Shown piece by piece: positions 10,370-20,272 of a stretch of 64,000 nt of DNA. Each line of letters begins with the position of its first letter. Position 1 is the stretch's first letter. Made by a program: the position numbers and the translations under genes. The stretch comes from Dehalococcoidia bacterium (GTDB taxonomy: Bacteria > Chloroflexota > Dehalococcoidia > Dehalococcoidales > Fen-1064). The notes under the pieces are model-generated. The model did no database searches. It saw nothing but the letters and a program-made list of their open reading frames with translations, and was not told where the DNA came from. Location: NCBI GenBank assembly GCA_011171075.1, contig DUFD01000044.1:49494-113493 (forward strand), written 5' to 3'.

Positions 10370-11368
10370 CTATTTCCTTAACTTATCTGCATCATAGAAG
10401 CAGGAGCGGAAGTGTCCAGGTGCTACTTCTTCGAGCTGTGGTACTTCTTCACGGCATCTATCAAAGGTGTATTCGCAGCGGGGGTGGAATGAACAGCCAC
10501 CGGGAAGGCGGGAAAGGTTCGGTGGAAGACCTTTGATGATGCGCAGGCTCTCTTTGCGTTCGCTGTCGAGCCGTGGGACTGATGCCAGTAGACCAATTGT
10601 GTAGGGGTGTTTCGGGTTGCCGTAGAGTTCGTCGGTTGGTGCCGTTTCTACCAGGCGGCCGGCATACATTACATTGACCCGGTCGACGTAGCGGGCGACC
10701 ACTCCAAGGTTATGCGTGATAAGGATTACGGCAGTACCCAGGCGCTCTCGTAGTTCGGCCATTATCTCGAGGAGCTGGGCCTGGACGGTTACATCAAGCG
10801 ATGTGGTTGGCTCGTCGGCAATCAGGAGTTCCGGGTCGCAGCTTAATGCCATGGCAATCATGATACGCTGCTGCATACCACCGCTGAACTGGAAGGGATA
10901 GGCTTCAGCCCGGCGCTCTGCATCCGATATCCCTACGAGCCTCAGCAGTCTCACTGTTTCCTGGTGTGATTGCTCTTTATCAAGGCCTCGGTGCAGTTCC
11001 AGAGATTCTGATATCTGACGCCTGATGGTAAGGACCGGATTTAGAGAAGTCGTGGGTTCCTGGAATATCATAGCAATACGATTACCTCTGATGCCACGCA
11101 TCTCTTCTTCGGAGAGCTGCAGCAAGTCCTGACCCCGGAATATAATCTGACCACCAACAATAATACCAGGAGGATACGGAATTAGCCGTAAAACAGAAAG
11201 AGCGCTTACGCTTTTTCCGCAAGCACTCTCACCAACCAGACCAACACTCTCTCCCCTCTTGACATGGTAACTGAGTCTGTCGACTGCTTTGACCTCTCCT
11301 TCCTGAGTGTAAAAATAGGTCTGCAAATCCTTTACTTCCAGGACTACCTCATCAGTTGTTGTTGCCAT
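10370..11368 (-). CDS. Oligo/dipeptide ABC transporter ATPase (OppD/DppD-like)
   Basis: [34 protein letters not shown]-terminal Cys cluster. Confidence 0.93.
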   Translation of the reverse strand: MATTTDEVVLEVKDLQTYFYTQEGEVKAVDRLSYHVKRGESVGLVGESACGKSVSALSVLRLIPYPPGIIVGGQIIFRGQDLLQLSEEEMRGIRGNRIAMIFQEPTTSLNPVLTIRRQISESLELHRGLDKEQSHQETVRLLRLVGISDAERRAEAYPFQFSGGMQQRIMIAMALSCDPELLIADEPTTSLDVTVQAQLLEIMAELRERLGTAVILITHNLGVVARYVDRVNVMYAGRLVETAPTDELYGNPKHPYTIGLLASVPRLDSERKESLRIIKGLPPNLSRLPGGCSFHPRCEYTFDRCREEVPQLEEVAPGHFRSCFYDADKLRK

Positions 11369-11482
11369 CTTCCTGAGAATAAACTAGGAATCCCGTTACT
11401 AAATAACTGGATTCCCACGCTTATACCCCCTTTTCTATATGAAACGTTTGGCTGCAAATCCAAGTATGCACGGGTCTGCGTG

Positions 11483-11511
11483 ATTCTAACACGGAGGCTT
11501 GGCTTTGTCAA
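11483..11511 (-). promoter_or_regulatory. sigma70-type promoter for oppD-oppF
   Basis: Minus strand TTGACA-17-TAGAAT with extended TG. Confidence 0.75.
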
Positions 11512-11590
11512 GCATGCTTTTGGGTAGATTTTAGTGTGACGCTAGCCGCACTCTTATGTGGAGTAGCGGATGGTATCATGATGTCTTCAT

Positions 11591-11619
11591 TTGACGTATC
11601 AGGGTGCGTTTGCTAGAAT
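11591..11619 (+). promoter_or_regulatory. sigma70-type promoter for enoyl-CoA hydratase
   Basis: TTGACG-17-TAGAAT with extended TG; AAGGAGG RBS downstream. Confidence 0.75.
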
Positions 11620-11681
11620 CAGTGACCAGACAGGGGTGAATTCCCCGGATTTGTAATAATAGGACAGTAAAGGAGGTCATC

Positions 11682-12446
11682 ATGGCGGTTGTTAACTACG
11701 AGAAAGAGGGCCGGATTGCTATTATGACGCTAAATCGCCCGGAGGCATTGAATGCCCTGAGTGCTGAGTTATCAGCAGAATTACGTGCGGCAATGATAGA
11801 CTTCCGGGACGACCCTGAACTGTGGGTTGCTATTGTGACTGGTGCCGGAGACAGGGCGTTTTCTGCAGGTGCAGACATCAAGGGTTTTCGTCCCGGCCCC
11901 AGAGAAGGGCAACCCGAGCTACCAACAGAGGTAGTGCGGGCTGACAAAATATGGAAACCGTTTATTGCGGCGATACATGGCTATTGTCTCGGTGGCGGTC
12001 TGGAACTGGCGATGACCTGTGATATCAGAATAGCCGCCGATGATTCCCAGTTTGGTCAGCCTGAGATAAACATCGGTTTTCTGCCTGGAGCTGGTGGTAC
12101 TCAGCGCCTGCCACGTTTTGTGCCCCGGGCTTGGGCTGCCGAGATATTACTCACCGGCGACCGGATAGACGCGCAGACAGCATTAAGTATTGGACTGGTG
12201 AGCCGTGTGGTTCCGCGTGACCAGCTAATGCCCACCGCTATGGAAATGGCGAAGACCATCTGTACCCGGGCGCCGCTGGGTGTCAGGGCGTGCAAGGAAG
12301 CCATGATTCGGGGGTACGAATTGTCTCTTGAGGAAGGCCTTACGCTCGAACGTGAAAAGGTTGCCGAATGCCGCGCTACCGAGGATTTTGCAGAGGGTGC
12401 CCGTGCATTTGTTGAGAAGAGGCCACCTAACTACAAGGCAAAATAG
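11682..12446 (+). CDS. Enoyl-CoA hydratase/isomerase (crotonase family)
   Basis: LNRPEALNAL, AFSAGADI, GGGLELA..CD, FGQPEI..G..PGAGGTQRL. Confidence 0.95.
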   Translation: MAVVNYEKEGRIAIMTLNRPEALNALSAELSAELRAAMIDFRDDPELWVAIVTGAGDRAFSAGADIKGFRPGPREGQPELPTEVVRADKIWKPFIAAIHGYCLGGGLELAMTCDIRIAADDSQFGQPEINIGFLPGAGGTQRLPRFVPRAWAAEILLTGDRIDAQTALSIGLVSRVVPRDQLMPTAMEMAKTICTRAPLGVRACKEAMIRGYELSLEEGLTLEREKVAECRATEDFAEGARAFVEKRPPNYKAK

Positions 12447-12544
12447 GTAACGAGCGAATAGAGTGCCAGCGGTTGTCTGGCTTAGTTAGCGGATGTATTC
12501 TAACTATCTGTTGACTATGCAAAACCCGATGGTTTCTATGAGAA

Positions 12545-13390
12545 TTAAGGTAGCGTGCCGCGGGGAGCTAGCGGGGAGACAACCCCGACAAACATAATCT
12601 CGAAGGTAAGGGCTTTACCGGCTAGCGGGTGGTTGGTATCCAGCGTAACCGTTGTTTCCGTTACCTCGACTATTGGTACGTTCTGACTCGTGCCGTTTGA
12701 GTAGGTGATAGTAACATAGGCACCGACCTCGAGTAATACCCCCGCTGGCAGGTCCTCGCGGTCTACTTCTCTCAGAAGCTCTTCGTCATGGAGGCCGTAG
12801 GCGTCTTCGGGTGGAATGGTCACCGTCTTGGTCTCTCCTGTTTTCATCCCGTAAACGGCGTTCTCAAAGCCGGTTATCATCTGACCGTCACCCAGCGTGA
12901 ACTCAAGAGGATCCCCGTCCCAGGAGGACTCCAATTCCGTTCCGTCTTCAAGGGTAAGAATATAATGGACACGTACAACATCGCCGTCTTCGGCAGGTCG
13001 GTCGCTGAGACCACCACCGGCCAGCTTCCAGTCGCCTTCTTCCTTGACAAGCGGAATCTCGATAGACTCCGACTCCTTATCCTGTGGGGATATCTCAGCC
13101 AGAATCGTGGCTGTTGCTTCGGTGATAACCGGCTCTGCCAGGTCTGAAACCGTGAGTTCTCCGATAACCTCTCTGAATGCACTCATATACTCAATGTTGC
13201 TCTCAGAGTAGCCTAAACTGCTCGAGAATAGCTCCAGGCAGCGCTCAAAATCCTCGTCATTCCAGGCATCGTAAAATGAGTTGACCACATCCTTAATAGC
13301 CTCACTGTCGTTACCCCCACACGCGCCAAGGGCTAAAAGGGGCAGGAGCATAAATGCCATCAGGACAGTTAGCCGGGTTATTCTGGCCAC
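12545..13390 (-). CDS. Lipoprotein with NTF2/DUF4878-like domain fused to SlyD-type FKBP PPIase
   Basis: Lipobox LGAC; VKEEGDWKL; V.VHY..TLEDG, GFE.A..GM, PPEDAYG, D.NHPLAGK.L.F. Confidence 0.85.
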   Translation of the reverse strand: MARITRLTVLMAFMLLPLLALGACGGNDSEAIKDVVNSFYDAWNDEDFERCLELFSSSLGYSESNIEYMSAFREVIGELTVSDLAEPVITEATATILAEISPQDKESESIEIPLVKEEGDWKLAGGGLSDRPAEDGDVVRVHYILTLEDGTELESSWDGDPLEFTLGDGQMITGFENAVYGMKTGETKTVTIPPEDAYGLHDEELLREVDREDLPAGVLLEVGAYVTITYSNGTSQNVPIVEVTETTVTLDTNHPLAGKALTFEIMFVGVVSPLAPRGTLP

Positions 13391-13458
13391 CTGATACCTC
13401 CTACGATTTTGCTCTGGTCTTGTTTGGAGTTATTCTGTTTATTACGTATTTTCGTTCT

Positions 13459-15900
13459 TCACTCGGAGTCGTTGTTTTTCTGCTTCCCGTTATGGCCTTC
13501 CTCTCCCTTGGAGAAGTCGCGGAGCTTTTCCGCCAGGTTTATCAGGCGTTTCTGCACCAGATCGTTGATAGAGCCCGCCTCGAAGTTTCCGTCATCGAGG
13601 CGTTTGCCTGCTTTCTCTCCCGTCAGGACCTCAATTCCCTCGTCGATGGTGCTGATCGGATAGATGTGAAACGTACCTTCCCTGATAGCCTCAGCGACTG
13701 CATCTTTGAGCATCAGGTTTCGGGTATTGCTGGCCGGAATCAGAACTCCCTGTTGGCCGTCCAACCCCCTGGCACGGCATATCTCAAAGAAGCCTTCAAT
13801 TTTCTCGTTGATTCCGCCGATTGCCTGTACCTCACCCTTCTGATTAACGGAGCCGGTGACGGCAATACCCTGTTTAACTGGCACACCGGACAACTGTGAG
13901 AGGAGGGCGTAGAGCTCGGTACTTGAGGCACTGTCCCCCTCAACCTCCTCATAGCTCTGCTCGAAAACAAGGCGGGCAGACAGCGACAGGGGGATGTCAC
14001 GTGCGTACTTTTCATTGATGTAGCCATTGAGAATCATTACCCCTTTTGTATGGAGGCGTCCCCCCAGCTTGGCTTCGCGCTCGATATCAATCAGTCCCTC
14101 CCTGCCAACGCTGACACTGGCCGTTATCCGGCTGGGCCGGCCAAAGGCGAAGTCTCCGAGGTCAATAACAGAAAGTCCGTTTACCTGCCCGACATTCTCG
14201 CCGTCAATCTCAATCTTAATCATGCCGGTCCCAATCATCTCGTTGATACGTTGCTGGATGAGATTGGAGCGGTAAACCCGCTGCTCTACTGCCTGTTCGA
14301 TATGTTCGGCTTCAATCAAATCCGCGCCGGCTTCTCCGGACCAGAAGTTGGCCTCGCGGATGATATCCGCAATATTGGCAAACAGGGTAGAGAGCTTATT
14401 ACGGTCGCCAGACAGGCGTGAGCTATGCTCTATAATTCTGGCCAGGGCATCGCTTCTCAGGTGTTTCATATTTTCTTCCTGGCAGAGGCGGCAGATGACG
14501 GTAGCGTATTCCTTGAGGCTGGCCTCGGTCTTGTCCATCTGGCTATCAAAGTCTGCCTTGACCTTGAAGAGTTCCTGAAACTGGAAATCAGCCCGCAGCA
14601 GCAGATAGTAAAAGAACGGCTCGCCAATAATCAGTACCTTTATATCCAGCGGTATCGGCTCCGGTCGCAGGGTCTTGGTAGCTACGAAACCAAGTCGTTC
14701 ACCGATTTCTTCGATGACGAGCTTTTCGTCACGCAGGGTCCTTTTCAGGCCTTCCCAGGACTGAAAATTAGTGAGCAGGTCTTCAATTCTGAGGGCCAGA
14801 TAACCGCCGTTGGCCTTATGCAGCGAACCGCCCCTTATCATGGTGAAATCAGTATAGAGAGCACCGAACTGTGCCTCTTTTTCAATGAGGCCAAAGAGAT
14901 TATTGAAGGTGGGATTCAGTTCCACGATGGCTGGTGCGCCTTCCAGGCGAGAGTTATCGACGACGACATTGACCTCGTAGTTCTGCAAAGTCCTTTTTCT
15001 GGCCTGCTCCTGAACAGCAGCGAGCATGGGGTCAGCACTCTGTGGTTTTTGGTCAGATTTGAATCGCTCATAGTTCTCGATGACATCCTGCTCGACCTCT
15101 TCGAGATAACTGATTACATGTTGCAGGCTAATGTACTTGTCTTTAATTTCCTGAAAAATGCGGTTTGTGGCGTAGCTGGCGACCTCACGGTCGGTTTCTT
15201 CCAGCTTCTGCTCAACGGCACTTTCCTCTACCTGCAACTCGGTGATTCGGTCCTTGAGTTCCTTGCTCAGTTCGTCTCTGGCACTGGTCAGTTTTTCTTT
15301 AGCTTCCTCAGTCAGGTTCTGGTAGTCTTCCTCACTCATTGGTTCGCCCTGCTGTGAAGCTGGAAGCAGTATCAGTCCAACCTGTGTTGCCTTCAGTAGT
15401 AGTCCCTTTCCTCTGGCCTTCTCACTGATGGCGTTCATCACGGCTTCCCTTTTGTGATTAAGTTCGGTGATTATCTCCGACCGCCGCTCTTCATATTCCT
15501 TGCTACTGAAAGCCTGTACCAGGCTCCGCCGTGCGCTCTCGATGGTATGCTTCATATCTTTTTGCAGGCCAATCCCTTCGCCAGCTGGCATTTGCAACGC
15601 CCTCGGACAGTACGGGTCACGGAAGTTGTGCACGTAACACCAGTCCGGGGGTGTCTCTTTCTGGGAGGCCAGTGTTTCCAGGAACGACTTAATAACCGTG
15701 GTCTTGCCGGTGCCGGCAGGCCCGGAAACATAGATATTGAACCCCGGCTTCTGGATATTGAGGCCGAATTTTAGGGCACTGAGTGCTCTCTCCTGGCCGA
15801 TTATGCTGTCCGTTGGCTTTAGCTCCGCAGTAGAATCACATTCGAACAGATTCGGGTCACATCTCTCCCTCACCTGTTCCGCGGTCAGTTCCACAGGCAT
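13459..15900 (-). CDS. Lon-like protease of LonC/AAA_32 type
   Basis: GPAGTGKT, coiled-coil insert, GSLHKANGGYL, catalytic GDSAS and GGINEKIEGF. Confidence 0.92.
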   Translation of the reverse strand: MPVELTAEQVRERCDPNLFECDSTAELKPTDSIIGQERALSALKFGLNIQKPGFNIYVSGPAGTGKTTVIKSFLETLASQKETPPDWCYVHNFRDPYCPRALQMPAGEGIGLQKDMKHTIESARRSLVQAFSSKEYEERRSEIITELNHKREAVMNAISEKARGKGLLLKATQVGLILLPASQQGEPMSEEDYQNLTEEAKEKLTSARDELSKELKDRITELQVEESAVEQKLEETDREVASYATNRIFQEIKDKYISLQHVISYLEEVEQDVIENYERFKSDQKPQSADPMLAAVQEQARKRTLQNYEVNVVVDNSRLEGAPAIVELNPTFNNLFGLIEKEAQFGALYTDFTMIRGGSLHKANGGYLALRIEDLLTNFQSWEGLKRTLRDEKLVIEEIGERLGFVATKTLRPEPIPLDIKVLIIGEPFFYYLLLRADFQFQELFKVKADFDSQMDKTEASLKEYATVICRLCQEENMKHLRSDALARIIEHSSRLSGDRNKLSTLFANIADIIREANFWSGEAGADLIEAEHIEQAVEQRVYRSNLIQQRINEMIGTGMIKIEIDGENVGQVNGLSVIDLGDFAFGRPSRITASVSVGREGLIDIEREAKLGGRLHTKGVMILNGYINEKYARDIPLSLSARLVFEQSYEEVEGDSASSTELYALLSQLSGVPVKQGIAVTGSVNQKGEVQAIGGINEKIEGFFEICRARGLDGQQGVLIPASNTRNLMLKDAVAEAIREGTFHIYPISTIDEGIEVLTGEKAGKRLDDGNFEAGSINDLVQKRLINLAEKLRDFSKGEEGHNGKQKNNDSE

Positions 15901-16008
15901 TTACTACCTCCTCGGTATTGCCTCACTGCGCCAGAGAGTATCTGGGCGGTGTATATTGATATCATATCATAGCAAAGTCCTGGTGCATATGATACAGGAC
16001 GAGTGAAG

Positions 16009-16767
16009 TTATTCCCAGCGGAAGAAGCGGGCGGATAATAATGCTGCTACCAGCATTATGCCAACAACCGTAAGCGATGCTGGTGTGTTCCAGCCGAAGC
16101 CGAGCCAGGGGTCCTGCAGCATTAAGATGACATAACGCAGAGGCGTGGCGTCGGAAATCCAGTGCATTGCCTCTGTCATTACTTCGCGCGGTGGTCCGGC
16201 GCCAGATAGTAGCATCATTACAAAGAAGAGTATCAGTCCCAGGCCCTGTGCAGCACGTGTGGTTGGCAGTATTGCCCCGAGGAGAACGCCAAGGGCGGAG
16301 AAGCTTAGTACGCTCAGGACGAAAGCGGCCAGAACAAGCCCGGGTGACCTGGGAAGGGCCGCGCCGTAGGCTGGTATTGCAGTAGCCACGAGCAGGATGG
16401 TGCCCAGCATTGCGATGGCGAAACTGACGACTACCTGTGAGCCAAAGACCGTCCAGACAGACATGGAAGAGGCGCGGAAACGGCGTAGCACACCCCGTTC
16501 ACGATAAGCCGTCAGGTGTACCGGCAGGGCTACCACGCCAATAGAGGCGATAACCAAACCGATGTATGCTGGTATGTAGTAGTCTGTAGCGCCGACACCC
16601 CGGAAGATTTCCATGCCAGTTTCGGGATCAATTTCGGGTGTGTTGCCAAATACACCAGCCATTACGAAGAGAAAAATGAGTGGCAGGACTAGAGTGAAGA
16701 CCACAGTGATCGGCTCACGGATGAAGAGTTTGATTTCCACCCAGGTTAGCTTTGCCAGTATGCGCAT
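16009..16767 (-). CDS. ABC-2 exporter permease
   Basis: YRERGVLRRF motif, about 6 TMs. Confidence 0.88.
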   Translation of the reverse strand: MRILAKLTWVEIKLFIREPITVVFTLVLPLIFLFVMAGVFGNTPEIDPETGMEIFRGVGATDYYIPAYIGLVIASIGVVALPVHLTAYRERGVLRRFRASSMSVWTVFGSQVVVSFAIAMLGTILLVATAIPAYGAALPRSPGLVLAAFVLSVLSFSALGVLLGAILPTTRAAQGLGLILFFVMMLLSGAGPPREVMTEAMHWISDATPLRYVILMLQDPWLGFGWNTPASLTVVGIMLVAALLSARFFRWE

Positions 16768-16776
16768 AGGTTCTCC

Positions 16777-17685
16777 CTAGTCATGGACACCGTGGCCGGT
16801 CAGCCTGAGGAACACATCCTCCAGCGTCGGTTGTTCAGTACGCAGGTCTGTCGGCGTGATACCGTGTTCCACGAGTGTGGCAGCCACCAGTGCCAGTACC
16901 GGCCCACTACCTTCCACTTCAATGCGTGGTCCGTGTCGGTCTACCCGGTGCACCTGTGGAATATCCTCCAGCCAGGAAAGGTCAGCGACATCAGTGCTGA
17001 AGATGACACGGATATCACTGGTGTGGGTGGCTATCAGTCCCCGGGGTGAATCGAGCGCAATGATTTTACCATTGTCCACCACGGCTACGCGGTCGCAGAG
17101 TTGCTCGGCTTCATCCATGAAGTGGGTCACCAGTAATACCGTGGTACCACGCTCACGGATGGCACGGACCAGTTCCCAGGCTACCCTCCGACCGGCCGGG
17201 TCCAGGCCGGTGGTCATTTCATCCAGGAAAACGACCTCGGGGTTATTCACCAGCGCCAGGGCAACGAACAGCCGTTGTCTCTGGCCTCCGGAAAGACTGG
17301 AGAATGATGCCCGGCGTTTATCGGTCAGGCCCCATTGCTCCATAAGTATCTGCCAGTCTGGTGAGTCAGGTACAATCGATGCGAACAGGTCGAGTGCTTC
17401 CCATACCCTGATGCGGTCGGGTAGAGCTGATTCCTGAAGCTGGCAGCCGATACGGCGCCGCAGCGTCACTGCCTCTGTTTGAGGGTCGAGGCCCAGCACC
17501 CTGAGATGTCCCGCATCGGGCTGACGCAGGTTTTGAAGACATTCAATCGTAGTTGTCTTACCGGCACCATTCGGGCCAAGCAGGCCAAAAATCTCTCCCT
17601 CTCTTACCTGGAAGGAAGCATCCGCTACGGCGACTGTAGTTCCGTATGTCTTTCTGAGGTGCTCGACCTCGATAACTGCTGTCAT
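16777..17685 (-). CDS. ABC exporter ATP-binding protein (DrrA-like)
   Basis: GPNGAGKTT, LSGGQRQR, FLDE, THFMDEAE. Confidence 0.92.
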   Translation of the reverse strand: MTAVIEVEHLRKTYGTTVAVADASFQVREGEIFGLLGPNGAGKTTTIECLQNLRQPDAGHLRVLGLDPQTEAVTLRRRIGCQLQESALPDRIRVWEALDLFASIVPDSPDWQILMEQWGLTDKRRASFSSLSGGQRQRLFVALALVNNPEVVFLDEMTTGLDPAGRRVAWELVRAIRERGTTVLLVTHFMDEAEQLCDRVAVVDNGKIIALDSPRGLIATHTSDIRVIFSTDVADLSWLEDIPQVHRVDRHGPRIEVEGSGPVLALVAATLVEHGITPTDLRTEQPTLEDVFLRLTGHGVHD

Positions 17686-17747
17686 TTCGCCAATGGTATC
17701 ATTGTTGTATTCAGTCCGTCAATCTGCCGTCGCCATGGTATGAATGG

Positions 17748-17776
17748 TTGACACAAAGATTTTGATGGTCTATCCT
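17748..17776 (+). promoter_or_regulatory. sigma70-type promoter for plsY
   Basis: TTGACA-17-TATCCT. Confidence 0.6.
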
Positions 17777-17810
17777 CATGGGGCAGAAATCAGGAGTTAG
17801 GGGTTGAAGC

Positions 17811-18434
17811 GTGGATGGTTTTTTAATTGCCCTGGCAATCATCATTGCCTATTTGCTTGGCTCAATCCCTACCGCTTATATTGTGGCCCGACTACGAAAG
17901 GGCACCGACATCCGGGAAATGGGCACCCGGAATATGGGAGCGATGAATGTCTTCTATACCGTCGGTTTCTGGTGGGGGTTACTTGTCCTGATAACAGATG
18001 TCGGTAAGGGTGCTGCTGCCGTAGGTATTGCCATAGCTTTCGACGTACCGGAGCTGGTTGTGTTCATCACCGGGGTAACGGTAGTACTCGGCCATGCCTT
18101 CCCGGTGTTTCTGAGATTCCGCGGTGGTAAGGGTGGCGCAACATGTATCGGTGTCCTCTGTGTCCTGATGCCCTGGGGACTTCCGATTGCGTTTGGTATT
18201 TTCTGTATCCTATTGCTTATTACTCGTTTCCCCACACTAAGCTATAGTCTGGCTCTGATTACCTTTCTCTTTGTGGGCTGGTTAATCTACGACAGGTGGG
18301 AACTGGTTGTCTACTCGGCGGTTCTGCTGTTGATTCCACTGGTCAGGTATATTCCCCGAATCAAAGAAATGCGTGATAAAGCAGGTACTTGGGGACGTTT
18401 CTTTCGCCGCAGAAGCCTGGAAGACAGGTTGTAG
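17811..18434 (+). CDS. plsY: Glycerol-3-phosphate acyltransferase PlsY
   Basis: YLLGSIP, DIR..G..N.GA.N, D..KG, GH.FPVFL.FRGGKG.AT. Confidence 0.93.
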   Translation: MDGFLIALAIIIAYLLGSIPTAYIVARLRKGTDIREMGTRNMGAMNVFYTVGFWWGLLVLITDVGKGAAAVGIAIAFDVPELVVFITGVTVVLGHAFPVFLRFRGGKGGATCIGVLCVLMPWGLPIAFGIFCILLLITRFPTLSYSLALITFLFVGWLIYDRWELVVYSAVLLLIPLVRYIPRIKEMRDKAGTWGRFFRRRSLEDRL

Positions 18435-18450
18435 CCTTCTACAAGAAGAA

Positions 18451-18474
18451 AGCCGGAGACCCTTGTCTCCGGCT
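18451..18474. terminator. Hairpin between convergent plsY and maoC genes
   Basis: AGCCGGAGAC-cctt-GTCTCCGGCT perfect 10-bp stem; U-rich tail on minus strand. Confidence 0.7.
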
Positions 18475-18545
18475 ATGTATTAAGTTCTCACCCCGAGTTG
18501 GATAGTCCGGGTTACTCAATTTACTGGATTCGGATACTGTAGTGA

Positions 18546-18977
18546 TTATCCCTTGGAGGGGAGAGCCACTGTTGCCGTACCCGGTGTCGTTTTCTCACCC
18601 TTGGAGTTCTCCAGCCAGATTTCACAGTCTACCAGGTGTTCGTCACCCTCGGTATATTTCTTGGTAACGGTGCCCTTGCAGGTGAGTGTATCGCCGGGAA
18701 CATCCATGCCACGGTAACTGATTCCGTAGGTCTTAATCATGCCTTTCTCACCAACCCAGTCGCTCAGCAATTGTCCTATCCAGGCACTCTTCAGAGCCCC
18801 GTGAACAATGATACCGGGTAGCTGATTTCCAAGGGCAAAGTCCTTGTCATAGTGTATCTGATAAAAGTCTCCGGAAGCTCCGGCCCAGCGTACAAGCTGC
18901 TGCGGAGTGGGATTCTTCTCCAGCGGTGTTACATCGGTTCCTACGTCTACATCTTCCCAGTATATTTGGTCTGCCAT
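18546..18977 (-). CDS. MaoC-family dehydratase (catalytic hot-dog subunit)
   Basis: AGASGDFYQIHYD..A..IIVHG hydratase-2 motif. Confidence 0.9.
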   Translation of the reverse strand: MADQIYWEDVDVGTDVTPLEKNPTPQQLVRWAGASGDFYQIHYDKDFALGNQLPGIIVHGALKSAWIGQLLSDWVGEKGMIKTYGISYRGMDVPGDTLTCKGTVTKKYTEGDEHLVDCEIWLENSKGEKTTPGTATVALPSKG

Positions 18978-19005
18978 TTATTCGCTCCTTTACGTTTCGT
19001 GAATG

Positions 19006-19473
19006 CTAGTAGCTGATGCCGGTACCGCGGGCCTTGGCAACAATCTCACCATCCTGGTTCTTATAAACAGTCTCGTTGATGATGAAGAGCATCTTGCCGA
19101 GCCGACCCTCGCGTTCGCGCAACTCGGCCAGCCGGCTGACGGCGGTTATGGTGTCACCGGCCTGGACAGGTTTGAAGAAATCGTACTCATTGCCGCCATT
19201 AAGCATTCGTGTAAATGGGCTGCTGAATCCGCGTCGTGGACCTGCACCGGCCTTAACAGGGAAGGCATAGTTGCCAAGAAAGCCCGGGGGAGCGATGATA
19301 CTCCGGTAACCCTTGCTCTTAGCGTATTCTTCGTCGCGGTAGAGAGGATTGAAGTCACCGATTGCCTCTGCCCACCTTCGGATTGGCTCTTTCTCAATTT
19401 CGTACACGGAGGGCTCCGATTCCACACCGATTGCGGCTTTCATTTCATCCGTGATTATTGAGTCTTCTGCCAT
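19006..19473 (-). CDS. MaoC-N/HadA-like hot-dog subunit
   Basis: IRRWAEAIGDFNPLY.D..A..IAPP; lacks catalytic His. Confidence 0.85.
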   Translation of the reverse strand: MAEDSIITDEMKAAIGVESEPSVYEIEKEPIRRWAEAIGDFNPLYRDEEYAKSKGYRSIIAPPGFLGNYAFPVKAGAGPRRGFSSPFTRMLNGGNEYDFFKPVQAGDTITAVSRLAELREREGRLGKMLFIINETVYKNQDGEIVAKARGTGISY

Positions 19474-19571
19474 AGATAAGCCTCCTTCCTTTCACTCTTG
19501 TAGCCAATGTTCGCCTGACATTATAGCACAAAACAAATCTTTTGTAGTAATAATATGTTCGGGTACTGTTT

Positions 19572-20222
19572 CTATTTAAGTTTACTGACCAGCCAGTCCT
19601 TGAGGAGGTCGTGGAGTTCGTTATGGCACTCGCGGAGGAAGTGGCCGTTGTCCTCATAAATCACCAGCTCTTTTGGCTCCCCGGCCCACTGGTATATCTG
19701 CCGCGAGCACTCAACAGACAGGTTCTGGTCGCGCTCACCGTGGACAAGCAGGAGTGGTTTCGGGGATAATCGGTCGACCGGGTGTGCCCCATAGGTCTGG
19801 CTGGAGAGTCCCACCACGGTCTTTACCTGTGGGCTGAGTACCCCGGCCTGAATAACTACCGCCCCGCCAAAAGAATGCCCCACAAGGCCGATGTTTTGTA
19901 TGCCCTCCTGACTGAGGAAGTGTATCCCTATCAGCACGTCAAGAGCACACTCCGGAACGTATCCGGGAACACGGTAATCGAGCCGGAGAGAGGTTATCCC
20001 TTCAGTAACGAGTTCCTCGCTCAACTCTTTGAATATACCGAAGGATGGACCGTCGAGGCCACCGAGGGCACCACATACCCAGATAACGGCGGCTTCACCA
20101 CTGGCGGGATGCAGGATGCAGCGGATGTCCCCTCGTGAAGTGCTGAGAACGACATCCGTTGTGGTGTCGTCCAGGGGCTTTGTCTTTACCTCAATTAGCC
20201 GTAAGGTTGGTTCGCCGGTCAT
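19572..20222 (-). CDS. Alpha/beta hydrolase
   Basis: GHSFGG nucleophile elbow, HGERD, NGHF. Confidence 0.85.
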   Translation of the reverse strand: MTGEPTLRLIEVKTKPLDDTTTDVVLSTSRGDIRCILHPASGEAAVIWVCGALGGLDGPSFGIFKELSEELVTEGITSLRLDYRVPGYVPECALDVLIGIHFLSQEGIQNIGLVGHSFGGAVVIQAGVLSPQVKTVVGLSSQTYGAHPVDRLSPKPLLLVHGERDQNLSVECSRQIYQWAGEPKELVIYEDNGHFLRECHNELHDLLKDWLVSKLK

Positions 20223-20231
20223 TTCTGTTAG

Positions 20232-20260
20232 ATTATGCCTGCGGGCTTGAAAGGTGTCAA
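20232..20260 (-). promoter_or_regulatory. sigma70-type promoter giving a near-leaderless hydrolase mRNA
   Basis: TTGACA-17-CATAAT; predicted +1 about 3 nt before ATG; no RBS. Confidence 0.6.
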
Positions 20261-20272
20261 CTGATGGCCAGA

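Noticed and set aside
11535-11550. TGTGACgctaGCCGCA, possible extra Crp-type box
   Set aside because: Second half-site poor; both flanking genes already have consensus -35/-10 promoters
12517-12540. TGCAAAAC half-match to the XRE palindrome
   Set aside because: No matching second arm; lies between convergent gene ends
14425-15357. Long antisense ORFs (e.g. 310 aa here, 295 aa at 40291-41178, 314 aa at 50492-51436)
   Set aside because: Shadow frames of well-supported genes with no motifs
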